A stretch of DNA of 64,000 nt, taken from positions 95,916,001-95,980,000 of the forward strand of contig NC_087436.1 in NCBI RefSeq assembly GCF_036321535.1, read 5' to 3'. Shown here piece by piece: positions 39,010-51,259 of the stretch (position 1 is its first letter; every line of letters begins with the position of its first letter). Made by a program: the position numbers and the translations under genes. This stretch comes from Camelus dromedarius. Taxonomy: Eukaryota. Under the pieces are notes generated by a model. The model was not told where the DNA came from. It saw nothing but the letters and a program-made list of their open reading frames with translations, and did no database searches.

Positions 39010-39213
39010 CAGGTTGGGGGAGGCAAACTATGGTGTGTGGCCTGCTTTTGTAAATAAAGTTTTATTGGGACACAGCCACACTCATTCTTTCATGTCTGTG
39101 GCTGCTTTCCTGCTACAACAGCAGAGCTGAGTGGTTCCAGCAAGGACCATATGGTCTGCAAACCCTAAAACAGTTACCATCTGACTCTTCACAGAAAAAG
39201 TTTCCCTACCCCT
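39010..39213. mobile_element. MER58A-like element
   Basis: ggcaaactatgg...tttgtaaataaagttttattgggacacagccac...aaagtttccctacccct. Similar copies at ~45097-45250 and ~58036-58228. Confidence 0.8.
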
Positions 39214-40537
39214 AGTCTAAGTGTTGGGTATGTGGGTATTCACCGCATTATTTCTACATTTCTACAGGCCTGACATTTTTCACAATAAAAAGTTGGATGA
39301 AACTAAAGACATCAACCCCAGCAAAAAATATTTTTTTAAAACTACTTATATTTGAAAAGGATTTTCCATTCTAAAGGATTAGTAGTGTGGACTTCTATGA
39401 ATGAATGAAATTCATGATATAAAATATGTTAATAATATTTAAGGTCATTGGAAAATAAGAAAAACCTGAACCATGGCTTTACTGCTGTCACGCGTTAGGT
39501 ATGCTGATGTCTTGAGCCCTGATGACACATCCGTGGACCGACATAGGGCCTAATGTCCCATTTAATCATTGGGAGCAACATTTCAATGAATATAATAAAA
39601 GGACAAATTTTCAAAGTGCTTTCAGCAATTTATAAATTAATATTTGAATCTAAATCCATGTGAAAAATGCAAATACCATAGATCCTTAAAAAGTAAGCTA
39701 TGTTGTTATTATAAAGGAAAGTTTTCCGAAATATTACATATATTTTCACAGGATAACAAAGAGGAAAAAACAAAGATACAGAGAAAAGAGATCTTTTAAG
39801 TTGGACTCATGTCCATTTGTTTTCAAAAGAATGAGGCACAGAGATATGAAAACATAAGTGAGAATGAGAATTACAAAGAAATATCTATGGAAAGTCATAC
39901 TCAATGTAAGAGTAAATAGCTTATTATATAACACACATGGAAACACTGATACTTGCACAATATTACAATAAAATATCGGTGATCCAGAATGCTTAGAAAA
40001 CAAGCTCTTTTATGGGTTTATTCAAGTGGCTTAATAGTTGAGTTTTTGTCTTTTAAGCACAAAAAAGTATTGAATGGGAATCTGTGATGAAATACATTAC
40101 ACAGTCCCATGACTTCTTAAATATACTATCTGAATATCATGCTGTCTGAGAGCCACAATCATGACTGTTGGAATGGAGCTCTTATTCAGAAGAAAATTCA
40201 GGGCCCATTTGGGTGTGGATTGCTATTTCCTTTATGATAAACTCCCCTGGAGGTGAACATTCTGAGTTCTTGTATCCGTGTTTTGTAGTTTTTGTTCTGT
40301 TTTAATATTTCTTGCTTTGCTAACAGCACTGACTTCTCCCTGCCTGAGGAAAGGCCAACTGCAACAAGTCTTCCCTGCCCCCCTAATCTGCTACATTTAA
40401 TCCGCTGTTGGCTTGCTGATTTAAGATGCTCAGAAATTTTCCTCTGCTCTTATTTGCACATAGTGTAAATGTGATTCATAAGCTAGAAAACCCTGTGAAC
40501 AAAGCTTTGGTGCGTACGTGTTGCTAGAACCCCAGAC

Positions 40538-41838
40538 CTGCGCTGTCTGCTACAGCTGCCGTTAGCCACACACGGATATGGTGCACTTGAAATGAGGCTA
40601 GTATAACTGAGGAACTGAATTTTTAATTTCATTTCAGTTTAATTAATTGAAATTCAAATTTTAAAACTGGTACTTGATTCAGTATTGGAAAACTTGGGTA
40701 TGTTTGCAACAACTTGGGTGTCAAAATCTACTTTTTCATGAAATTTATCTAAGTTTTATGAAATCTAAATACAGATCAAGTATTTCCAAAAAAAAAAAAT
40801 AGCATTTGAATTTGAGATATGTGGTAAGTATAAAATACTATACAGATTTTGAAGAATTAGTGAGAAAAAAAGAATTTAAAATATCTCATTGATAGAAAAA
40901 GGGACTCTCCTATACAGCTGGTGGGAATGTAAATTGGTGCAGCTACTACAGAGAACAGTATGGAGGTTCCTTAAAAAAACTAAAGATTGAGTTACCACAT
41001 GATCCAGCAATCCCATGTCTGGGCATATATCCAGAGAAAACTCTAATTTGAAAAGACACATGCACCTCAATGTTCATCGCAGCACTATCTACAACAGCCA
41101 AGCCTAAATGTCCAAAAACAGATGACTGGATAAAGACATGGTGTGTGTATGTGTGTGTGTGTGTATATATACATACACAATGGAATATTATTCAGCCATA
41201 AAAAGGAATGAAATCATGCTTTTAGCAGCAACATGGATGGACCTAGAGATTACCATATTAAGTGAAGTAAGTCAGACAAAGACAAGTATCAATATGATAT
41301 CACTTATATGTGGAATCTAAAGTATGAATTTATTTACAAACCAGTAACAATGAAAACAAATGTATGGTTACCAAAGAGGATAATGGGGGGGGGTGCAGAA
41401 ATTAGGAGTTTGGGATTAATTTATACACACTCCTACATATAAAACAGATAAACAACAAAGACCTACTGTAGGGAACTATATTCAATATCTTGCAATAACC
41501 TATAATGGAAAAGAGTCTGAAAAAGTATATATATATACATAATGTATAACTGAACCACTTTGTTGTACACCTGAAACTAATACAACGTTGTAAATCAACT
41601 ATACTTCAATTAAAAACTCATTAATAATTTTTATAATGACTACATGTTATGTTAATATTTAACACACTTAGTTGTAATGTTAATATTTAATATACCAAGT
41701 TAAATGTATTATTAAAATTATTTATACCTCTTTCTTTTCACTATTTAAACTTATGTAGGAGAAAATTTCAAATTGCATATGGGGCTTACATTTTTTGTTT
41801 TATATGGAGCTTACATTTATTTCTGTTGGACAGCGCTG
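40538..41838. mobile_element. MER3/MER33 (Charlie5-like) hAT element split by an L1
   Basis: Termini ctgcgctgtc ... ggacagcgctg; internal actgaggaactgaatttttaattt. Confidence 0.65.
40895..41615 (+). mobile_element. 5'-truncated L1 (ORF2 tail and 3'UTR)
   Basis: ggtgggaatgtaaattggtgcagc...[13 protein letters not shown]...ICGI*; flanked by duplicated ctcattgata / ctcattaata. Confidence 0.9.
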
Positions 41839-42495
41839 ACTTAATTCATCTTTAAAAAAATTTCCTGTTTTCTTAACTGTATTCTACATACAGAAGTGTT
41901 AGTTAAGTGAGTGTTAAATAGGTATGCAACATCACATTTACATGTGCTAACTACATGTAGACGGCTGGCAAAGTTCAAAATGTTACAGGTGTTGGAAAGG
42001 ACCGACTCAAACCCTCTACCAAGGTGACAAAACATGACACTGAAGCTAGCAGACCATCAGCCCTTTGGTGTCAAGGGCTCTTTCTCACGTGGGTCTTTAT
42101 CTGCCCCAGGACCTGGCATGACTTACACACAAGAGGTGCTCCAAGATAATGGAGTTTAAATTATTGTATCAGAGATGCAGAGAGAAAGAGAAAATCTCAT
42201 TGTTGCTAGCCTCAAATAAAAAGTACTTAAAAAGGAAATTTTATGACTATTACTGAAATCAAGAATTAAATTTTCCCGTACAAGGAAAGTTAGGAGAGAA
42301 GGAAGTAGTTAAGCAGGAAGTAAGCTCTCTTGTCCCTGGACACTTCAAGCAGCTGTTAATATCACAATATCGTGGCAGGTTCTGAAACAACATTCCTAAT
42401 TAAACCACATATTGGAAAGATGAAATATTTTACTTAGTGTTGATTTTAGGAAGTTTAGGGAATAAAAATCACAGTGGCTGCCATCCATAGCATAC

Positions 42496-42629
42496 CTATT
42501 TCCAGGGGGGGCGCACAATTCTGAATAGTACTTGATTTTGGGCTCTGTCCCACTGGTCCGAATGGTGGCCACGCCTCCATTAGCAAAGGTAAAGGTGATC
42601 ATTTGGCTGCGTTTACTGGTAGGGAGAAC
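42496..42629 (-). CDS. PGM2: PGM2 exon 13 (phosphate-binding motif)
   Basis: [44 protein letters not shown](S) contains RxSGTEPK; tcctag|...|gtatgc; 134 nt. Confidence 0.96.
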
Positions 42630-42999
42630 CTAGGAATTAATTTACACATGTCATAACTTTAAGCAGTAACATAAGCTGCTCTCACCTAAGCGATATTTCC
42701 CCCTGGATAAGCAAGAAAGTAAATGCAAAACAAATACACTGGTTTGAAAAGAACATTTTTGAGGAAAACAGAAAATGTACTCCATATAAATGAAATAAAT
42801 GAATAATAATAATGATGATAAGGCAATTTGTGAAAATTAAGTAACTCTGTACACTAGCATTTTACCTCCCTAGTTCTACTGAAGTTACATAAGGTTTACT
42901 AAAATTGAAACACATTTCACCAAAAAATTGCTTAAAACAGATTAATAATGCATTACCAAAACCACACAAAACATTAGACTTATTTCACTGTCAAGAGCT

Positions 43000-44235
43000 T
43001 CTAGAAGATGTACTGATTGCTTTCCAAACCCCACTGAAATGACTGAGGCATTAGAAAACAAAAAACACACAAATGCAAAGAGGTAACAGCAGCTGACAGA
43101 GCTGCCAACCAATCGTGGAAGTCAGAAACCAGAGGGAAATGACCTAATGGAACACGGGACAAGAGCGGAGCCCTGGTGGCAGGCAGACAGAACCGAGTCA
43201 GCATGCTCTGCAGAGCCTGCAAAGCTCACCACCTGGGGCACCCGGTACTGCAGGGGTGAGACAAAGGTAGTATTTGAAAGGAGCTATTAGACCCTCCCAG
43301 ATCCTCACCCTCTGCCCACACGGTCAGGCAACTACCTCATCAGGAGACGGTTTAAATCCCTGGTGTAACTGAACCAGAAGGGCTCAGGAGTTGGTGACAT
43401 GGCACCATGGAGGGCAGGGCATGGAGAAAACTGAGACTAAGTCAGAGTCCACACTGAGTGCTTGCAGCCCTCCCCTCCGGCCTGCAGCACCTCTCCATTA
43501 CTTCTGGGACCTCAGCATCCCAACTTATAGCCCTTGGGCAGGAGCTTAGGGTGAGACTGAGGCTTCCCCAGATCCTCTCTCCCCAAATACAATCTCCCTA
43601 GAGTGAAGTGTGGTCAATGCTTTGGCAATGCCTTCCACATGTATAAAGAGACTCCAACCAGTTTTTTAGGGCCCAAAGTACAATTAAGGATTAACAGACT
43701 TTGGGGAAGACAAAAGACAAAGTCCAAACCAACATCATCATAATAATAACAATAACAATAATATATATAAAGACAGTACAGAGGAAAAAAGATCTGCCTT
43801 TTAAAAAAGCTATAATTAATATCCTTAAGAGATAAGATATGATATACATGAAACAAGAATGGGATGTTATTTTTAATAAATTAGAGAAAAAGAGCTGACA
43901 TAGCCAACAGAAGCATTGAAAGTTACTGTTGAGGTCATCTCCCCAAAAGTAGGAAAAGAAGATACAGATGGACAGAGGGAAGAAAGAAACACAGAAAGTA
44001 GAACATCGCTCCTGAAGAGTCAGCATCTAAGAACTTGTCGAGAAGGGGAGAACAGAAAATGCTTGAAGTACAACCATCCAGCCTCCTTCAATATAAAATT
44101 AAGAAAACTTCTCAGAACCAAAAGAAATGACTCCACTGACCAACAAAGACAAACCAAGTGTCCAAAGAAATGAATGAAAAGAGACCCATACTAAAGCACA
44201 TGGCTGAACTTCTAGAACCCAAAGTTTAGCAGGAA
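43000..44235 (+). mobile_element. Old L1/HAL1 5' and ORF1-like remnant
   Basis: A-rich ORF1-like blocks (aaaagagacccatactaaagcacatg). Heavily decayed. Confidence 0.4.
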
Positions 44236-44354
44236 GTTCCCACTATCTTCCCATAGAGAACAAAGTAAGTTGCACGGAAAGGACTGAGTGAGTATGGCGT
44301 CCATACCCCTGTAGGCAACACACAGCAGGCCCCCACCAGTTCCTGAATGAAGGG

Positions 44355-44486
44355 ATGATGGTGCTCAACAAAATCCATGGATGCTCAAGTGCCTTATATA
44401 AAATATCACAGTAAAATTGACCCTCAGTATCCGCGGATGTGAAACCCGTGGATACTAAACCCACGGATATCAAGGGCCAACCGTAT
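44355..44486. mobile_element. Tigger/MER2-like fragment
   Basis: aaaatccatggatgctcaagt...ccctcagtatccgcggat...cccacggatatcaagggccaaccgta. Confidence 0.65.
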
Positions 44487-44741
44487 CAGTTTCCTGATGT
44501 GTTAAATGACAGTACTGGCCTCGATGACTAGTGAGAAAGAACCTCTTCAGTTTCAGTCCATGGTTTTTAAATATCTATATAATTTGACATCTTATTTATA
44601 ATAACTCTTAAGAACCAGCTTCAGTTAATTATATGATTAAAACCAGCTTCAATTAATTATATGATTAAATAAGTTGAGCTATTCAAAGTGTAATAAAAGG
44701 TAAATAAAAAAAGAGTTTAATTGATGAAAGACATTACTTAC

Positions 44742-44931
44742 AGCTTTTTTATCAGGTTGGCTATCATCATAGCCAGTTGTAAGGTCCCTAATGCCAGAAA
44801 TTTCAAATTTGCCACAAGTTTTTGGATAATTATTCTTCCCATCGTAGTTTCTAAGGTTTTCAAATAATTTTTTAACAGTGCCTTGATCATGACAGATAAA
44901 ATATGAAGCTTTGGTAATATGGTAGCCATAC
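44742..44931 (-). CDS. PGM2: PGM2 exon 12
   Basis: YGYHITKASYFICHDQGTVKKLFENLRNYDGKNNYPKTCGKFEISGIRDLTTGYDDSQPDKKA; tgatag|...|gtaagt; 190 nt. Confidence 0.96.
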
Positions 44932-45653
44932 CTATCAATACAAATACAATTACATGCAAAACAAGGAACAAAGAATTCTGCACAGTGTACACTGAACATG
45001 TCATCAACCAGTATACTCTAAAATAAATGACACAAATAACCATGACGAGTTTCAAAGGAATAATTTAGGATTAAAAAAAAGAGGTCCAACTATCTACCCC
45101 AGGGATTGCTGAACTGTTGCCTGGCCCTCAGCCAGTGTTTCTGAGTAAAAGTTTTATTAGTGGAACAGCCACATCATTACCTTACGTGTTGAGTCTGGCT
45201 GCTTCTGCACTACAAAGGCAGAGCTGAGTAATTGCTATAAAGACTAAACAGATGTTTCATGAACACATTTAGTCTTTTTTGACATTAGACACTTAAAATC
45301 ACATTCTTCCATTAGCCATTTCTGCAACTAATTTTCTCATTTGTTAAGGATTAATGTCATCATGAACGGTAATTACTATTAAGTGATTAGGTATCAAAAG
45401 GAAAAGATGATCTCTTATCTAGTTCTCATAAGAAATAGAATTCATAACTAAAGTAAGAGCATCAGAAAGAACATCAGTATCTCATGCACAAGGACAGAGC
45501 AAAGCATTATAAAATAGTACTATGTGTGACGATGCATGTTAACTTTACTAACTGTGATCATTTCACAATGTAGACGTATACTGAGCCATAATGTGGTACA
45601 TCTGAAATGGATAAAAAGCTTACTCCAATTAAACAGCATTAATAGAAACTTAC

Positions 45654-45783
45654 TCTACATAAATGGCCTTTAGCTGCTGAGACAAAGACAAATTCTTGGT
45701 TGCTAGAAAGCTAGCCAACTCTGCAGTTATGACGGCAGCACTGACTCCATCTTTGTCCAGAACAAAAGGGCAGCACATGTATC
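45654..45783 (-). CDS. PGM2: PGM2 exon 11
   Basis: GYMCCPFVLDKDGVSAAVITAELASFLATKNLSLSQQLKAIYV(E); ctgcag|...|gtaagt; 130 nt. Confidence 0.96.
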
Positions 45784-45967
45784 CTGCAGAGACACACACA
45801 GTGAGGAGCAGGTCCCTTTACACACTACGTATGCACACGTCTACGTGCATCCTGCCTACTGCCCAAGAGGCTGCACAGTACGTAGATGCTTCTCATTCAC
45901 CACCATGATATTTGAGAATCTAGCCCAGTGCCTAGTGCATAGCAGGCCTTCAAGAAGTATTTGTTGA

Positions 45968-46157
45968 GGTATAAACTACTATGTATAAAATAAATAAGAT
46001 ACAAGGATGTATTGTACAGCACAGGGAATATAGCCATTATTTTATAACTAGAAATGGAGTATAATCTATAAAAATATTGAACCACTATGTTGTACACCTG
46101 AAACTAATATAATATTGTAATTCAACTATGCTTTAATTTAAAAAAAGAAAAGAAAAA
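45968..46157 (+). mobile_element. Short L1 3' end inserted in an L2 tail
   Basis: TSD aagaagtatttgttga (45952-45967) / aagaattatttgttga (46158-46173); A-tail. Confidence 0.88.
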
Positions 46158-46876
46158 AAGAATTATTTGTTGAATAACCTGTAAGGAGTCTCCCTCCTTG
46201 TCAAATTGTGCACATTTTCCAGGTCTAGCCCAAATCGCTCCAGCTCACACAAAATTGTTTCCAATGGTTCTAGTCAATCTGTATTCTGTCTTCTCTGAAT
46301 CCTCACAGTTCTTGCAAGTTTCATTATTCACCTTGACACTGAGCCCATACTCTCTTGTGTGGTTTCTAACCAGATCTATATAAATTGCTGTAGGCTAAGG
46401 TCAGTGTTCTCCATTTCTTTCAGAGTCACTGTATAAGTGATATACAGTAAATATTTGATAAACAAATGTAAGAAAATATTTGTTTTAAATAACAAAGCTA
46501 CAGAAAGACCAGACTGCCAGTTTTGACAACAAAAGAGCAAAAGCTGAGCTACTGCACTTCATTCAATGAATTAGTTCAGTTGATGTGCTCATGTCTGTGC
46601 TGCAGGGAACGTTTAAACCAGCGAGATACGTGTTGTATAATGAGCATGATGCACAGTAACTTTTACTAAACAAAGAGCTAAAATTATCTCCAGCACAAAC
46701 ATTTGCATTTCAAGTTTCTATTGCTAGCTCTCCTTTCTGCTCATTTATAGTGATCATTTAAGACAAGTGTTTTTCCGTCATCCTGGCTGGGTCTTTCAGG
46801 TGACAATCACTCTGATCAAAGTCCCACAACCGTGCATTCTCCTTTTTTCTGGACAGATCTCTGCAGAGAATTCTCC

Positions 46877-46914
46877 GTGTGTGAGTGTGTGAGTGTGTGT
46901 GTGTGTGTGTGTGT
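46877..46914. repeat. (GT)n microsatellite
   Basis: Direct reading. Confidence 0.9.
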
Positions 46915-47295
46915 ACTATAAGTGAACTATATTCGGACTGGGTATCAACACCATAGTGAGGAATCTCACAACTCTCCAAATATGAGGCTTCCGAAGCTAC
47001 TAGCCGCCATGTATAGAACATCACTGTTCTTAGTCATCCAGGGAAAGGATTCACTTCCTTACATAAATGGCTTGGTTATTTGTGAGATCTATTTTTTTTT
47101 CAGCTGAAAAAAAATCTGCAACACCAAATCTGGGGTGGGACAATTCAACACTTGCTGAGCGTCACAGAAGCAAAGCAAACTGTGTGCTCTCATTTCACTG
47201 TTAATCTTTTGAACCCAAACCCAAATCCAAATTTTTGCCCGTTTATTTGCATTCTGTAAATTAGCTGATTCCATGATCATGATGTCAACTCTTAC

Positions 47296-47389
47296 CAATA
47301 GCTTCTTCAAATGCAAATAAGACATTTTTCCCCTGGTCTATTAGTTGTTTGGCTCGGTTTCCCATCCACTTAAAGCCAGTTAATGTTTC
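47296..47389 (-). CDS. PGM2: PGM2 exon 10 (sugar-binding loop)
   Basis: ETLTGFKWMGNRAKQLIDQGKNVLFAFEEAI(G); ttttag|...|gtaaga; 94 nt; preceding intron only 89 nt. Confidence 0.96.
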
Positions 47390-47478
47390 CTAAAAGGATA
47401 ATCCAAAAGAGAAAGAAATGCCTTAGACCTTTTACAGAGCAAAAAAACGGAAGAGAGCAAGTCTCACAAAGACCTTAC

Positions 47479-47659
47479 CTCGAAGTGAAAACCCTCCTTT
47501 AAGGCAATGGCCCGCAGGATTTTTGAGGAGACGGTGCTGGACAACATGTACGTGTCTTTGAGGGCACTGTGATCTTGGTTCTTCTCTTTCCAAGAAGTAA
47601 AGAGCCACCAGCCCAAGAGGGCCCCCAACTCATTGCCTGAAAACACTCTCCATTCACCA
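47479..47659 (-). CDS. PGM2: PGM2 exon 9
   Basis: GEWRVFSGNELGALLGWWLFTSWKEKNQDHSALKDTYMLSSTVSSKILRAIALKEGFHFE; tttcag|...|gtaagg; 181 nt. Confidence 0.97.
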
Positions 47660-48790
47660 CTGAAAGAAAAAACAATCTCTGCATGGCAGTGATCTTTTAA
47701 GAGAGACGCTGGAAGTTACCAGGACAGAACAGTTAAGCCAAACAAGGCTCAAAGCAGCCCCTGTGAGGCTGTTCTTGTTATTCTTGTTTAAACATCTGGC
47801 CAGAAGTGTGACTGCCACTCCACAAACATTTGAACAACTACTGTGTCTCAGCCAGTTTGTCTAGACAAACAGCCTATCTCTGAAGGGCAGTGATGACACA
47901 GAAACACTTTTATCTTACTCATTGGCAAAGGTGTTGGTTTTAAACATAACTGAAGTATGCTGGCAAGATGCACCCAAGTGTAATAGTTTGCGTAGCTCAG
48001 CTTTCTGCTGATTCTCAGTGACTGCGCGGCAGTCCTTACAGTCAAGTGCGGTGTGAAAACAGTCAGGACCCGGAGCCCAGGCCTGGGGTTTGCTCCTGTC
48101 TGCAGTCCAGGCAGCTACAAGTGCATCTCACTTCAGCATGTATCACTTTAGCTTAAATTTCTAAAAACCAATATAGAATTGAATCTGTTTTGTCATAATC
48201 TAAAATCCTAGCCCTTTGAGGGTATCCCACTGCCTCCTAAAATCACACAGGCTGTTTGACACCCAAAACTGCTTGGACGCTGCTTACTGTTCAACGTTCC
48301 CCCTTACTTATCACTGCTCTGTACAAACTCCAGTCACTCTCATCCTGAACTGTCAGCAACCCCAGGATACATCTCTGGTCTCAACCCAAATTCAACATGG
48401 CTTTGAAGGGCCCACTCCTTAACCAAACCCTTCAGCAAATACTGAACTGTAAAGTCAGCACCAAACAAAGTACTCGGCCCTCATTAAGCACTGAGTCATT
48501 AATTATAATAAAAACAATGATAAAACGGGGAGATAACAAATGATCATTTCAATTCCAAACACATACTGGGCTGCTTTACTCTGTATTGTGCTTGCTGATT
48601 GTGTGGGCCCCGGATCAGGACTCGCTCTATGTCAGAGGACCTGACAGATGTTCAGTGAGATGATTGCTTGCAAAATAAATGCAAACCATTTCCAAATAGG
48701 TCTGGTCTCTCCAGAAACATTTTACTGCCGAAGATGGAAGATGTCACCTTTCATATTTTCCATTATCTAGGTAATCACAATTAATCGTAC

Positions 48791-48888
48791 CTGTCTTGCT
48801 TTTCAGCCACAGCAAGTCTATCAGCATCTGGGTCGTTTGCTAAAACGATTTTGGCCTTGGTTTTGTCAGCCAAAGCAAAAGATAAAGT
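48791..48888 (-). CDS. PGM2: PGM2 exon 8 (metal-binding loop)
   Basis: TLSFALADKTKAKIVLANDPDADRLAVAEKQD(S) contains the DxDxDR motif; tttcag|...|gtacga; 98 nt. Confidence 0.96.
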
Positions 48889-49333
48889 CTGAAACAGAGT
48901 AAGGAGAGGAAAGATCACTCCAATTGAGAATAGAGGACACTGCAGTCTTTAAAAACTCAGTTCAGTTCGTTAAGCACTAGAAGAAGACTTTCCCCAAACC
49001 AAGGCTGCATTTTTTTTTTTTTTCTGGAGCTGGTCTTGGCTGGTCATATATTACTTCCTAAGTCAGAGGTCAGATGAAGGGCGCATCAACACATGACCCA
49101 CACATGCCCGTGGGATCCGCCCCACATCTGAGAGCGCGGGTGTGGCTGGACTGGTATTTCCAGGCCTGGCTGTGTGATCAACCTCACAGACAAGCCAAAA
49201 TAAACCGACTCTCTGAATATCATTGTAACCCTAACCTTTAAAAAGGTTAAAAGAACCATAATTTAAACAGTACTTCTTCATACCAGAAAAATATCAATTA
49301 AGGAGTAAAAATCATGTGACGAACCTTCATTCT

Positions 49334-49423
49334 TTTTTTTTTTTTTAAATGGAGGAACTGGGGATTGAACCAAGTTCCTTGTGTACGCTCAGCATGCACT
49401 CTACCACTGAGCTATACACTACC
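49334..49423 (-). mobile_element. vic-1-like SINE, short form (PGM2 intron 7)
   Basis: TSD cgaaccttcattct / cgaatctccattct; poly(T) and tRNA-like head. Confidence 0.85.
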
Positions 49424-49736
49424 CGAATCTCCATTCTATTAGTGCTCCTTTTTGGCATTAAGAAGTACAGTAAATTAAATAAAAATTAAATTAATTAAAC
49501 TGAATGTAAAGCATCATTTTAAATTTGCAAGCAATTTCAGCTCTCACATCCTGATGCCAAGGCATCTGATTTGAAAGTTCCTCTAAGAAACAGATGACTA
49601 ATAACTATAAATATTTCCAATGATGAAATTACTTTTTTGTTCAGCACAATGGTAACGCATAAAAACTCATTTTACTTGATAGTAATAGTTTGAATATAAA
49701 AGGTAAATTTGATAATTGAAAAAAAAAATCAGTTAC

Positions 49737-49926
49737 CAAGACACCTTTACCCTCTTCGGGATTCGGGTATTTCACTGTCGGGAACTCAGGATCAGGATCC
49801 TTCTGTTCGGGAACGGCCTCAGGAGGAGCAAAGTCAAAAGCTTTGAAAGCCGACTGCACGAAATCATGCCCCACGCCATGGACGGAGGTGTGCACAAACT
49901 TCAACTTGGTCTCCCTGTTCACACTC
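49737..49926 (-). CDS. PGM2: PGM2 exon 7
   Basis: SVNRETKLKFVHTSVHGVGHDFVQSAFKAFDFAPPEAVPEQKDPDPEFPTVKYPNPEEGKGVL; ttctag|...|gtaact; 190 nt. Confidence 0.97.
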
Positions 49927-51259
49927 CTAGAACCAGACACATCGCAGAGAATGATAAGATATGCAAATACGGCTCAAAAAACTGGAAGGGTTGCAAAATA
50001 TCAAGGAGCCAGATTCCTAAGAACGTAAGATATCAAAGGAATACGAAAGTATAAGACAGCGGAGTATCTTTCTAATTCCATTAAAAAAAAAAAAAAGAAA
50101 CAACACTTCTTACTCTCTTTCAAACATCCACCCTCCCCCAAAACATTCAAATTTTACATTTTACTCTGTAGTTATCTTCAGCCAATCTGATTACTTTCAG
50201 ATTGTGTTTTACACTACAGCTTTCGCACCTAGGGTGGGTTTCAGGAGAGACTCAGCTGGCCCAGTGGCAGTACCAGCCCTGGGGCTCCAAATACTCTTTA
50301 CTAGCTCCAAATATGATTTTCAAAATGTCCCTTTTACCAAAACGTGGTGGAGCATCTCATACACAGATGCATAAAAAATAAAACTTTTCTTTGTCCAGTA
50401 ACAATCCTGTTTGGCAAAGTGTCCTGATATAGGGACTTAATATAGAATAACAATAAATATCAAAATTAACAGAAGTTATAAAAAGGTAAATATAAAGTGT
50501 TAAAAAATTCCAATGATCTACTTCCTAGGTTCTTAGGTTATTGTCCATTTCTTTCAGTGATGAATAAATGAACAAGGTCTTCTCTAAGACCTTTTAAACA
50601 GTAGTTTAAAACAAACATACCCTTGAAAATAAAATGCATCTAGAAAAATAAGTATACAAGATTAGTGAGAACAAATCTGGAAAAAAATCTCTTAGATATT
50701 AAAGTGAATTAAGCCATCACAAGTAGAACAGTTTAGTCCTAGATATATAAAGGCAGATTAAAAAGAACAGAATAGAGTCCAGAAGTTGATCCAATTTAAA
50801 ATGGGAAATAGACATGAGAAGTAGTAAGGCTTAGTGGTTAACATGATTTGGAGACAGACTCTAAATTTAAATCCTAGAGCTCTGCCACTTAAAGCTGTGT
50901 GACTATTGGTTATTTACTTAACCTCTCTGTGTCATAGTTTTCTCATCGATAAAATGGCCACACACTAGAATCTACCTATCAGCATTACTGTGATGATTAA
51001 AATGAGATTAAATTAATTAGTACAAGTGAAGGGCCTACTGCAGTTATCAGATATATAATAAGCACTCAAATCATGTTAGAAATTGTTTAATAAAGGTGGT
51101 ATTTCCAATTGGTCAAAAAAAAAAAAAAGACTCCTCAATTTAATAAGTTGGTACAATTACAAACTTTTTAGAAAGAATCTAATCTGCTTTCCTACTTTAT
51201 GCCTCATATAAAATTAAAAATATAAACACGAAAGTCTTAGAGCAAAACAAAAGTCGTGG

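Noticed and set aside
4443..44742. PGM2-TBC1D1 read-through fusion protein
   Set aside because: The 81-nt UTR part of TBC1D1 exon 2 has an in-frame TAG, and splicing from PGM2 exon 13 also hits a stop, so no in-frame fusion is possible via exon 2.
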